Shown piece by piece: positions 38,655 to 47,638 of a stretch of 64,000 bases of DNA. The stretch is taken from contig CAXRHT010000002.1 in assembly GCA_964230645.1 (NCBI GenBank), positions 672,001 through 736,000 of the forward strand. Direction: 5' to 3'. Position numbers and translations under genes: made by a program. The notes beneath the pieces were generated by a model that was given only the letters and a program-made list of their open reading frames with translations, was not told the DNA's origin and did no database searches. Origin of the DNA: Bdellovibrionales bacterium. GTDB taxonomy: Bacteria > Bdellovibrionota > Bdellovibrionia > Bdellovibrionales > JAGQZY01. Each line of letters begins with the position of its first letter. Position 1 is the stretch's first letter.

Positions 38655-39482
38655 CTAACAATCCTTAAAAGTGTCCCAACGTAAACCCATGCGCAGGGCT
38701 TCAAGGCCCAGTAGATCACTGGGAGCCACATTGCCAAGGTTGACGTTGGTGCCGAACTTTTTAATCAGCAGGGCTTGTTGTCTTTTTTGGGGAGCCTCCC
38801 AGATCAGTTTTTCCGGTTGATCGAGTTGTGAAGTTAAACGTTGAAACAGTTTGTTATTCACTTCCCCATGTTCATCAAAAATTCCCACACCCTGCCCGGA
38901 CTCCCTGGCTTCAACAACCACAAACTCAACACCATTTTCCAAGTCCTGTTGGATTTGTTCGGCTAAGAGCTCGGGCTCTGGCTGAAGTTTAGGATCTTTC
39001 TTCCCCACTTCACTGATCACTCTTAGGCCTAAATCTTGCGCTCTTTTTTGAGCCTCTTTTCGATCGGCCAAGGGGATCTCAAAAAAGCCATCGGAGACTT
39101 CCACCATATTGAATCCAAGGGATTTAATTTTTTTAAAAAAGGCCGGCAAGGTACCGGCACGGTAGGAGATTTCGAACAAAGACCCACCGGGGAGCACATC
39201 GACTTCAGCCGCTCTTAAAACGGCAATTTTCTGTTTTAAAAGGGGGGAACTTATTAAGGCCGGAGTGCCAAAACTTAGTTTGACCTGATCAATGTAGTGA
39301 CTCAGATAGCTGACAAAGTGCTCACTCTCGCTCACTCCGAGTGTTCGATCAAGGATCATCGTGAGTCCGTCTTGTCTTGGTTTTACAGAGCGTTGTGGGA
39401 GATGAGGGAGAATTTCTCTCCACTCCTCATGAGGCAGAGATTGACTATAGGGTAAAACATTTTTTTGACGAATGGCGCTCAA
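38655..39482 (-). CDS. comA: (2R)-phospho-3-sulfolactate synthase (ComA/XcbB)
   Basis: KPR..GLTM.LD, K...GT, GG.LFE, EVSDG, SEVGKK, EARESG, WEAP...QQ, NLGN...LEALR.GLR.DT; TTG start with GGAG RBS. Confidence 0.93.
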   Translation of the reverse strand: MSAIRQKNVLPYSQSLPHEEWREILPHLPQRSVKPRQDGLTMILDRTLGVSESEHFVSYLSHYIDQVKLSFGTPALISSPLLKQKIAVLRAAEVDVLPGGSLFEISYRAGTLPAFFKKIKSLGFNMVEVSDGFFEIPLADRKEAQKRAQDLGLRVISEVGKKDPKLQPEPELLAEQIQQDLENGVEFVVVEARESGQGVGIFDEHGEVNNKLFQRLTSQLDQPEKLIWEAPQKRQQALLIKKFGTNVNLGNVAPSDLLGLEALRMGLRWDTFKDC

Positions 39483-39518
39483 GGCGGGCTCCCCTTCTTT
39501 ATGTTTCTTCAATTATTA

Positions 39519-39549
39519 AAAAGGTTTAGAGACCCTCTCTAAACCTTTT
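39519..39549. terminator. Hairpin terminator between the decarboxylase gene and comA
   Basis: AAAAGGTTTAGAGA-ccc-TCTCTAAACCTTTT perfect stem with T tracts on both strands. Confidence 0.65.
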
Positions 39550-39582
39550 CATGACGCCTTAAAAAAGCCTGCTAGTTTAACT

Positions 39583-41016
39583 CTAGGCACTTTTCTTTAG
39601 ACTCAATTCTCTGCCACCTTCTCTGAGATGCTCTAATAATGCGTCCACATCTTTTTGAGTGACCCGATGGTTCACACAGCAAATTCGAAAAGCAAATTGA
39701 TCATTTAAAACTGTTCCGCCAATGAAAACCTCACCCTTAGCTTCTGCGCGCTCAAGAAGTCTTCGGTTCAATTGATCGAGATCCTCGCCCGAATTTTCTC
39801 CCCGGTATCGAAAACAAACGACGGAAAGACCTGAGTCACCGACAACTTCAAATTCATCATCTGCGGCCAATTGTTTTTTAAACTCATCCATTAAGTGAAT
39901 GTTAGTTGAGATCGCGTCCCTAAAACCTTGGGCTCCGTAAATGCGAAATGCCAACCAAAGTTTAAAGGCTTTAAACCCACGAGAGAGTTGGAACCCATAC
40001 TCCATATAGTCCATGCGTCCGGCCTCTACGTCTGCAGAAAGATAAGGAGGAAGAAGGCTATTTACCTGACGCAAAAGTTTTGGCTCTTTTAAAAGGGCAC
40101 AACCCGCTTCGACAGGAGCGTAAAGCCATTTGTGTGGGTCAATGGCAATGGAGTCACATCGATCCATACCCTTAAATAAGGGAGCCAGATGAGTGGCGGC
40201 CGCCGGAGCCCCGTAAGCTCCATCAACATGGAACCATAAATTATGTTTTTCACAAAGATCGGCCAGAGCCTCAAGATCATCGACAGCCCCTGTGTTGACC
40301 GTTCCGGCATTTCCCACCACACAAAAAGGCTGCAGACCTTGTTTTTTGTCAGCGACAATCTTTTTTTCAAGTTTATCTAAATCAATTTTACAATCGGAGT
40401 TTGCCTGAATTTTCACAAACTGATCTTTTCCCATACCCAGAGCACTTAAACTTTTATCAACACAGGAATGGGTTTCAGTGGACCCATAGATCACTAAATT
40501 ATGAAGACCTTCTTTTAAGGTCAGGCCGGCTCGATCAAGAGCAATGTCACGTGCGGCATGCAAGCAAGTGAAATTGGCATGAGAGCCTCCAGTGGTAATA
40601 ATCCCGCCGTAGTTGGAAGTTAATCCTGTGAAGTCAGCAAGCCAACTGACCACGGTTTTTTCAATCTCTGCGGCAGCCGGTGCAATATGCCATTTGCCAC
40701 AATTTTGATTGATCGCTGCGGCCAGCATATCTCCTAAAATCCCAGCTTGATGACCACAAGAGGTCACGTAAGCAAAAAATCGCGAACTAATATTCCAAGT
40801 AGAGCGTTCAGAAATGGTTTTCATGGCTTCACGGATAATACTCTCAGCATCCCCACCTTTGTCGGGTAAAGTCTGATGATAGGGCTTGGCGATTTCCTCA
40901 GGGGTTTTATCGGGAAAAACTTTTCTTTGGTCGAGTGACTCGTAAAGGTCCGCGATCTCATCTGCGGCAACATGTAACAAATTGCGAAATTCCTTATGAG
41001 AAAAGTCTAAAGACAT
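39583..41016 (-). CDS. Group II PLP-dependent amino-acid decarboxylase (aromatic/DABA decarboxylase-like)
   Basis: GGS.AN, H.C..K, AGT.NTGA.D, HVDGAYG, DPHKW. Confidence 0.92.
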   Translation of the reverse strand: MSLDFSHKEFRNLLHVAADEIADLYESLDQRKVFPDKTPEEIAKPYHQTLPDKGGDAESIIREAMKTISERSTWNISSRFFAYVTSCGHQAGILGDMLAAAINQNCGKWHIAPAAAEIEKTVVSWLADFTGLTSNYGGIITTGGSHANFTCLHAARDIALDRAGLTLKEGLHNLVIYGSTETHSCVDKSLSALGMGKDQFVKIQANSDCKIDLDKLEKKIVADKKQGLQPFCVVGNAGTVNTGAVDDLEALADLCEKHNLWFHVDGAYGAPAAATHLAPLFKGMDRCDSIAIDPHKWLYAPVEAGCALLKEPKLLRQVNSLLPPYLSADVEAGRMDYMEYGFQLSRGFKAFKLWLAFRIYGAQGFRDAISTNIHLMDEFKKQLAADDEFEVVGDSGLSVVCFRYRGENSGEDLDQLNRRLLERAEAKGEVFIGGTVLNDQFAFRICCVNHRVTQKDVDALLEHLREGGRELSLKKSA

Positions 41017-41099
41017 GGCCTACCCCTCTGGTATTTTAACTCCTTAATTTTAAACGAGGGGCGGTGCAATTTGTATAGCTCCAAAGACTAGTTTTAGCT

Positions 41100-41126
41100 T
41101 TAAGTTCCTATAATTAGGGCCGATAA
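41100..41126 (+). promoter_or_regulatory. Sigma-28-like promoter
   Basis: TTAAGTTC-N11-GCCGATAA upstream of the dehydrogenase gene. Confidence 0.6.
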
Positions 41127-41167
41127 GGGTATAACACCCAATCCTGAAATTTTAACAAGAGGACATT

Positions 41168-42295
41168 ATGTTAAACGCCAATCATGAAAAAGTTTTTGAA
41201 GTGGTCGATACCGAACTTGATTTTAAAGGTTGGATTGCCATTCATACATTAAAAAACAATATCGCTTTTGGTGGCTGCCGTTTTGACCTATCAGTGGATA
41301 AAGAAATGGTCATGGAACTGGCTCGTTGTATGACTCTTAAACTAGCCTCTCATGGATTACCTACCGGAGGAGCAAAGGGCGGTCTCTGCGTGGACCCTCG
41401 CCGTCCTGACATCAAAGAGGTTATAAAATCTTTTGCGCAGAAATCAAAAGAGATACTCACCTCACAGGTCATTTTAGGAAAAGATCTCGGCGCTACGGAT
41501 GAAATGATGGTAGCCCTTTACCAGGCTCTTGATGTTCCTCAAATGCACCTAAGTCAAAAACACTGGCCCCATCGCAACGTGCCTGATCGCTTGAATTTAC
41601 TTCGTGGCTATCGCAAACATATGACAGGACTGGGAGTGGCCTTTTCAGCGCACTCACTGTTTAATTCTCGCCTGAGTGAGCGCAAAGTCATTATCCAAGG
41701 AGCCGGAGCTGTTGGAATGGGAGCGGCCTTTCGCTTCGAAGAGTTTGGAGCCAAAGTTGTTGGGATCAGTGATGCCAAACACTGCATTTATCGGTCCGAA
41801 GGTTTTAGTTTTTTAGAACTGCAACAATGGGTGGAGCAAGGGCAAATTCAGACAACCCGTCTTCCCGAAAACGTGGAGTGCTTAGAGAACTCAAAACTTT
41901 TTGAACAAACGGCTGACATTTGCGTTCTTGCCGCCACTTCTAATAGTGTAACCAGAGAGCATGCCAGTAGTATGAAAGTTGAAGCTGTGATAGAGGGATC
42001 AAATTTTGGTTTACAATCTGAGGCCCGAAAGTGCTTACAAGACCAGAAGGTCGTTGTTGTGCCTGATGTGATTGCAAGTAGTTCCAGTGCTGCTATGGTC
42101 TGCCATCAAATTTCTCAAGGGAATTTATTCACCCAGGGGGAGCTGTGGGACAAGATTCTTAGCTCCATCAAAGAGGCTGTGCAAAAATCAGCCGAGGTCG
42201 CAAGCATTGAAAATTGTGATCTAAGACAAGCCTATACGGAAATCGTTGCGCCTGAACTTCTTGAAAAGTCTCAGACACAAAAACAAGTGGCTTAA
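41168..42295 (+). CDS. Glu/Leu/Phe/Val amino-acid dehydrogenase
   Basis: GG.R, M..K, GGAKGG, D.G, TG.GV, QG.GAVG, EG.N, V.PD. Confidence 0.9.
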   Translation: MLNANHEKVFEVVDTELDFKGWIAIHTLKNNIAFGGCRFDLSVDKEMVMELARCMTLKLASHGLPTGGAKGGLCVDPRRPDIKEVIKSFAQKSKEILTSQVILGKDLGATDEMMVALYQALDVPQMHLSQKHWPHRNVPDRLNLLRGYRKHMTGLGVAFSAHSLFNSRLSERKVIIQGAGAVGMGAAFRFEEFGAKVVGISDAKHCIYRSEGFSFLELQQWVEQGQIQTTRLPENVECLENSKLFEQTADICVLAATSNSVTREHASSMKVEAVIEGSNFGLQSEARKCLQDQKVVVVPDVIASSSSAAMVCHQISQGNLFTQGELWDKILSSIKEAVQKSAEVASIENCDLRQAYTEIVAPELLEKSQTQKQVA

Positions 42296-43378
42296 TTAAA
42301 GCTGAGCAATGTAAATAAAAGAGCCCCCTGCACGCACGCCGGGCTCAATGATTTTGCAACCAGACTCTTTAAAGATCCCGTGCCAGTCATCCTGGGTTCT
42401 GGGAAGTCCTTGCCTTGAAAGGTAGTGAATCAAACGGTAATCAAGACGTCCAAAGTGTTTCAATGGAGCCCCACCGGGATTAAAAGCATCAAAGTCCTCC
42501 ACTTCTATGGCAAGAAGATTCTTACCCTTAAACTGGGCCTGAAGGGACTTTATAACTTTGATGATGGCGTCCCGACCATCCCGACCAAATTCATGCAGCA
42601 TATACATCGCAGTGATAAAATCCACTTTTTCGACTTCTTCTGCACTCAAGGGCAAATCCTCAGCCCCCACCTCGGCCTGATAAAAAGACAATCGGTTTTC
42701 AAGCTCAAAATTCTTTGAGTTGCCATTGGCCTGAGAGAGGGCCTCTTTGGACATATCCACACCCACTCCTGAAATTTCTGGATTTAAGCGTAAAAGCTGC
42801 ATCAGAAAATCACCGGTACCACAACCAAGATCTAAGACACATTCAACGCCATGGTTCTGTAGAGTGTCCAAAACTTTGGGAATGGTAAAGGCACAAGTCG
42901 CATAAGCCGTTCCTGCAGCCGCGTGACGAGTGGATCTATCGAAGTAGGGATCATCAAGGGGTCTTTTCTTAGCTAAAATATCGGTAAGATCGGTGAGAAC
43001 TCTTTTATAGGCTCCGGGATAAATATTAAGAACCCCTCGGGTGTAAGCATTAAAATAACGCTGTCCTTTTTCTGTGGGAATGAATTCATCACCTTGGACT
43101 TCAAAGGCCCCACAGCCGGTGAGATAATTCATCAGATGTTCCATTGTGGTTTCATCAGCATCCAAAGCCTTTGCGGCCTCACTCACCTTAAATCGACCCT
43201 TTTCACGCAGATACTCGTAAAAACCGCAGTCTGACAATGCCAGCAGGACATTGGTCAAGATAGACTGGGAGATCATATTGCGAGCCTCAACGATGGGATC
43301 CACTGGACCTTGCTGTTGTTCACGCACAATGGCGGCCTCTTTAAGTATGTCGTAAGAATTTGAATCTTTTTTGCTCAT
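42296..43378 (-). CDS. SAM-dependent methyltransferase, MppJ/MrsA-like (alpha-keto-acid C-methyltransferase type)
   Basis: N-terminal wHTH; LDLGCGTG; YMLHE and LIH histidine pair; W..IF..SG. Confidence 0.8.
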   Translation of the reverse strand: MSKKDSNSYDILKEAAIVREQQQGPVDPIVEARNMISQSILTNVLLALSDCGFYEYLREKGRFKVSEAAKALDADETTMEHLMNYLTGCGAFEVQGDEFIPTEKGQRYFNAYTRGVLNIYPGAYKRVLTDLTDILAKKRPLDDPYFDRSTRHAAAGTAYATCAFTIPKVLDTLQNHGVECVLDLGCGTGDFLMQLLRLNPEISGVGVDMSKEALSQANGNSKNFELENRLSFYQAEVGAEDLPLSAEEVEKVDFITAMYMLHEFGRDGRDAIIKVIKSLQAQFKGKNLLAIEVEDFDAFNPGGAPLKHFGRLDYRLIHYLSRQGLPRTQDDWHGIFKESGCKIIEPGVRAGGSFIYIAQL

Positions 43379-43467
43379 GATGTGACTCCCTCTTGCCTAG
43401 GAATTTATTGTAGGAAAAAATCAAACCACTGAGGAGTCCAATTTTTAAAGGATCTTTATTGATCGTG

Positions 43468-44325
43468 TTAAGCCCCCTGCCGACTTTTGATATTCACATC
43501 TTCTGTCCGCCGGGGTTTTGTGATCTCTAAAACAGAAATAGCCTTTAAAAGATCAATAAACTCCTGGGCCTCGGGTGTTTGAGCCGATGATCCCTCAAGG
43601 CGAACTTTATTTTGAATTTGATGATAAAAGGTTTCATCACTCTTCCCCTCAAATAGGGAATTAAAAGTTTCTTTGAGCCCCTTGCAGTTGAGCAAAAGGT
43701 TTTTGTAGTTTTCCGTGATAGCCACAAAATCATCAACGAATTCATTTTTACCTTCTAGCTCCTCTTGTCCCACATAAAGAAAATTGGGTTTGAGTAAGCC
43801 TTTTCGAATCGCAGCAGAAACTCGAGGATTTGATGTGCCCAAGTGAACACCTTTTAGTTTGGGACCAAAAAGTTGTTGGCAGAACTCAAAGCGATGCCGC
43901 AACAGTGTGTGATAAAAACGGTTACTACGAAATTTTTTTAAAGTGTAGCAACGAGAAATGACTGGAAATCCTTCATGACTAAAACTATGACATATCTTTT
44001 CTGCGACAGCTCCCGCGGCAAAAAAAACTCTTTCTCCACTCCCCGTCTCGCCATAGTAAAAAAACAAATGAGTCGGACGTCTTTGATTTTCAAAGACCTT
44101 CAGATTGTTTAGAACCGGGCCAGAATTGAGTGCATCAAACCACTTCCAGGTATGGGAGTAACCGCCCTGCTTCAACTCGCTAAACAAACGAATGAGATCT
44201 TCGCAACGAGCTTGTGAAGTGGCCACCACTCGGCGCCACCCTAATTTAAATAATGTTTCCTTGGGAACTTGGACCTGCACTTCATAGGATGTTTCGGGTA
44301 AACTTAATTTTAAAGCAACACTCAT
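43468..44325 (-). CDS. Hypothetical protein, possible GNAT fold
   Basis: ISRCYT...FRS.RFY resembles GNAT motif A; start set at ATG 44325, downstream of the promoter motif. Confidence 0.55.
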   Translation of the reverse strand: MSVALKLSLPETSYEVQVQVPKETLFKLGWRRVVATSQARCEDLIRLFSELKQGGYSHTWKWFDALNSGPVLNNLKVFENQRRPTHLFFYYGETGSGERVFFAAGAVAEKICHSFSHEGFPVISRCYTLKKFRSNRFYHTLLRHRFEFCQQLFGPKLKGVHLGTSNPRVSAAIRKGLLKPNFLYVGQEELEGKNEFVDDFVAITENYKNLLLNCKGLKETFNSLFEGKSDETFYHQIQNKVRLEGSSAQTPEAQEFIDLLKAISVLEITKPRRTEDVNIKSRQGA

Positions 44326-44369
44326 AAACGACCTGCTTGATGGCTTGGTAATTTTTCTTGATAGTTTTT

Positions 44370-44397
44370 TTATCGGAGTGGCTGGGATCAAAGTTTA
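44370..44397 (-). promoter_or_regulatory. Sigma-28-like promoter
   Basis: TAAACTTT-N12-TCCGATAA. Confidence 0.6.
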
Positions 44398-44541
44398 GCT
44401 ATTTCTATTGATTCTTTTAACGAGACAATCCCTGTGAGCGAACGTTTAAGAAAGAGACAGTTTGCAAAGACTCGTAAATGTGTCATGATTAATAGACGCA
44501 TCAATTGGCTCTAATTTGTTCTCAAACTATTATCAACGGGA

Positions 44542-44964
44542 GTGCTCATGATCAAAATTACAGCTCGTATGCAAAATCAATTGCGTTGTGAATTAACTCA
44601 CAAAAATTTAAACAGTTCATTAACCACAGACGCTCCTAAAACTCTCCAAGGCCTAGAGGAAAACTTCTCTCCCACTGATTTAGTGGCAAGCGCTCTAGCC
44701 ACTTGTGTACTCGTGAGCATGGGTGTGGTCGCCAGACGTCATGATATCAACCTAGAAGGTACGGTGGCCGAAGTACAAAAGAAAATGACAGACACTCCAA
44801 AACGACGCATTGAAAGCCTTGATTTGGTCGTAAAAATAAAAACAAATGTACTTAGTAAGCAAAAAAAGCTTCTGGAAGCCGCCGCTCATTCTTGTCCCGT
44901 GGCCTCAAGCCTTCATCCCGACACCAAGCTTTCTTTACGTTTTGAATATGAGGAACAGTCATGA
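44542..44964 (+). CDS. OsmC/YhfA-family protein
   Basis: TDAP....G....FSPTDL...AL..C and A..CPV..SL. Confidence 0.9.
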   Translation: MLMIKITARMQNQLRCELTHKNLNSSLTTDAPKTLQGLEENFSPTDLVASALATCVLVSMGVVARRHDINLEGTVAEVQKKMTDTPKRRIESLDLVVKIKTNVLSKQKKLLEAAAHSCPVASSLHPDTKLSLRFEYEEQS

Positions 44965-46007
44965 AAAAAGACTTTGAATCTCCTGAGAATTGGTACCACA
45001 CAGTCGGGGCTCACTATTTAGCCGTACAGATATATTTCCACCTCAATCAGGTGGGAGTTATGAATTATATCTTAGATCATGCTCCGGTAAATTCTGAGGA
45101 AATCGCGAAAGAGTTAAAATTAGATCAGCGTCTTGTCACTGATCTTTTATTATACATCGCCCATGTCGATGTGGTTATCGAAGTTAACGATAAAAACGAA
45201 TTCCAATACACCGATTTTGGACAAGAGGTGATTAAGCGCTACAGTCGTGTAGAAAATAATAAAACAACCCTCAACTTTCACAATGTGCGTGTGGGTGGTT
45301 TTAGTCCCATCTTTAATTCTATGACCGAGATGCTAAAGATGGAAAAAAGCTATGGTAAGGATATTTTTCGAGATGGTGGCGCCATTGAAGAAGGCCTCTA
45401 TACAATTAGTGATCGATTTGTTGGTGCTGTGCACACGGCTATTAGTAGACTTAACCCATCGGCCATTGTTGAACTTGGAACCGACACAGGCCTTATTTGG
45501 AAGGCTCATGAAGCCGCCCCAAACACTCCCCTTTTTGGATTGGATAAAAGCGAAGCTGTCATTAAAGAGGCAAAACAAAAACTGGCAACCTCGCAGTCAA
45601 AGGCTCAGGTCACCTGGTTACAAGATAACCTCTACAATGTTGATCAATGGGCTTCAAAAATTGAACCCAAAGATAAAGTCTGCTTTTTTAGCGTGCATTT
45701 TCATGAATTTGTCAAAGAAACCAAAAAAGATGTGGCAAAAGCCATTGAGGAAATGAAACGTTATTTTTCAGGCTCACACATTATCGTGTTAGAGCAGCCC
45801 ATGCACTCTTCAAGTGACAAAAACAAAATGTCTGAGGCCCTGTGGCTCTATTCCCACTCCAATGTTCTCATTCATCATCTTATTAACAGCGGACGCATTT
45901 TACCTATTAAGGAGTGGATTGATCTTTTTCAAGACTCCGGGGCCAAGCTTGTGGACCAAAGGGAAACCGGTTATTTGGGATATGAGGCTCTTGATTTTAA
46001 ACTCTGA
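44961..46007 (+). CDS. SAM-dependent methyltransferase, MppJ/MrsA-like paralogue
   Basis: N-terminal wHTH; VELGTDTG (degenerate motif I); HFHE and LIHH; EW..LF..SG. Confidence 0.72.
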   Translation: MKKDFESPENWYHTVGAHYLAVQIYFHLNQVGVMNYILDHAPVNSEEIAKELKLDQRLVTDLLLYIAHVDVVIEVNDKNEFQYTDFGQEVIKRYSRVENNKTTLNFHNVRVGGFSPIFNSMTEMLKMEKSYGKDIFRDGGAIEEGLYTISDRFVGAVHTAISRLNPSAIVELGTDTGLIWKAHEAAPNTPLFGLDKSEAVIKEAKQKLATSQSKAQVTWLQDNLYNVDQWASKIEPKDKVCFFSVHFHEFVKETKKDVAKAIEEMKRYFSGSHIIVLEQPMHSSSDKNKMSEALWLYSHSNVLIHHLINSGRILPIKEWIDLFQDSGAKLVDQRETGYLGYEALDFKL

Positions 46008-46012
46008 GGTCT

Positions 46013-46930
46013 TTAGACCCTCACTGCTAACTCATAAATTGACTTTGGAAGCTCTCCTAGAACTTCCCCCTTTTTATTGCGCTGGGGGTATTTAGGGAAG
46101 AGTAGAAAACCATCCTGTGGAACTTCGATCGACTCATTCCTTGAGTTCGCTCCGATCACTTCTCCCGCCTTTACCTCAGTAAAGTTTAAGTAACCGGGCT
46201 TAAGAGCCATTTTTGAATCATCGAATTTTTCTTGATAAATTATTTTGAGGCGCTCAAATGGCTCATGGGAATTATTATCCAGAGAAAGGTTGCAATTTAA
46301 ATCAATCATCTTTTTTAAATGAAGAAGGGTTAATTCGGTCACCTCATCACTAAAACCCTTCTGATACATTTCTAGACATATATGAGCCACTCCCTCATTC
46401 ATAGCAGCGCCCATAAAAGTCCCATAATCTTTATTCAGTTTCGCTGGTACTTCGATTAAATAAGGGGCCCCACTCAAATAGGCAGCTAAAGAAAGAGATT
46501 TCTCTTCATTCTCAGCCAGATAAAAGCAATGACGACTGGCCTCGATGGTTTGATGTAAGTCAAGATGATAGTCCACCCCGCTTAAGAGTGACTGCAATTG
46601 CCGAGCACGCTTAGCCTCTGCATGGTCGCCTTTGTTATTACCAAACTGACGATTTAAATCCGCTTGTAAGAATCGCTTTTCTGCCAGGATAGCCTTAGGA
46701 TTTCCTAAGGCGAAAACCAATGATCCACTCAGGCTCCACCTTTCCTCATTTATGTTTTTGATAGTCTCAATCACCCCCGGTAAAGAGCCCACTTCATCAC
46801 CATGAACACAAGCCGTGATAAGCTTTCTTGGCCCAGGACTTACCCCTTTGATCTCAATGGATTCAGAGATGGGCCCGGGATATTGCTCAGTCCACTTCTT
46901 AAAATGAATCAGGCATTCCTCAAGGTTCAT
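46013..46930 (-). CDS. Succinylglutamate desuccinylase/aspartoacylase (M14) family deacylase
   Basis: VHGDE, GNP.A, DLNR.F, LDLH. Confidence 0.88.
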   Translation of the reverse strand: MNLEECLIHFKKWTEQYPGPISESIEIKGVSPGPRKLITACVHGDEVGSLPGVIETIKNINEERWSLSGSLVFALGNPKAILAEKRFLQADLNRQFGNNKGDHAEAKRARQLQSLLSGVDYHLDLHQTIEASRHCFYLAENEEKSLSLAAYLSGAPYLIEVPAKLNKDYGTFMGAAMNEGVAHICLEMYQKGFSDEVTELTLLHLKKMIDLNCNLSLDNNSHEPFERLKIIYQEKFDDSKMALKPGYLNFTEVKAGEVIGANSRNESIEVPQDGFLLFPKYPQRNKKGEVLGELPKSIYELAVRV

Positions 46931-47619
46931 TAAACGCTCTCTTTCCTGCGAACAACCAGCATAGGAAGGCGCTGATGGACACTCCAACCAAATCTTTTAT
47001 ACATCGCTACGGCAGGATCGTTGGGCTCCACCACATGCCCAAAAGGAAGAAGATTCTTATCCATGCACCTTTTGGTTAAATAGGAGAAAATATATCGTCC
47101 TAAACCTTTGCCGCTAAAATCAGGATGAGTACACAAAGTGCTCACTTCCTCAAAGCCTGGTATTCGCATTCTGATTCCAACCATGGCTATGAGGAGGTCT
47201 TCCTGGAAAATTCCAATATAAGGGCCCAGTGCCATGGAATTGGGGCGAAAATACTCGGGGAAAACTTTATTGGTTAACTCAATCATCTGAGGAATATCAT
47301 CCGTAGTTAAGAGTTTAATTTCCCAATCAGCCTCGGGTACCTCTACTTTCTTCTCGCAAATCATTTGAGTGACATAGGTTTCTTTGAGAACTTCCCATTT
47401 TTGACTCAACTGGGGGATCTCACCCACGAAGATTGCCTTCTCATTTTCTGAGAGCAGATTTTGCAATTCTCTTTCATCAAAGGTCTCTTTGTTCTCAACT
47501 GCCGTAAAAAAAGCCATATCACTCGGATACTTTTTAACCTGCTCACCCAGGGCTAAACTTTTGTGATCACTCACCAGGGAATACCAAATAGGATTCTTTA
47601 ATTTTTCAAGACTCATCAA
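46930..47619 (-). CDS. GNAT acetyltransferase (FR47-like)
   Basis: L.NP.W.SL...H, EVS..CTHP...GKG.G, N..A...Y.R.G. Confidence 0.88.
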   Translation of the reverse strand: MMSLEKLKNPIWYSLVSDHKSLALGEQVKKYPSDMAFFTAVENKETFDERELQNLLSENEKAIFVGEIPQLSQKWEVLKETYVTQMICEKKVEVPEADWEIKLLTTDDIPQMIELTNKVFPEYFRPNSMALGPYIGIFQEDLLIAMVGIRMRIPGFEEVSTLCTHPDFSGKGLGRYIFSYLTKRCMDKNLLPFGHVVEPNDPAVAMYKRFGWSVHQRLPMLVVRRKESV

Positions 47620-47638
47620 TCATCTCCTCAAAACTTTT

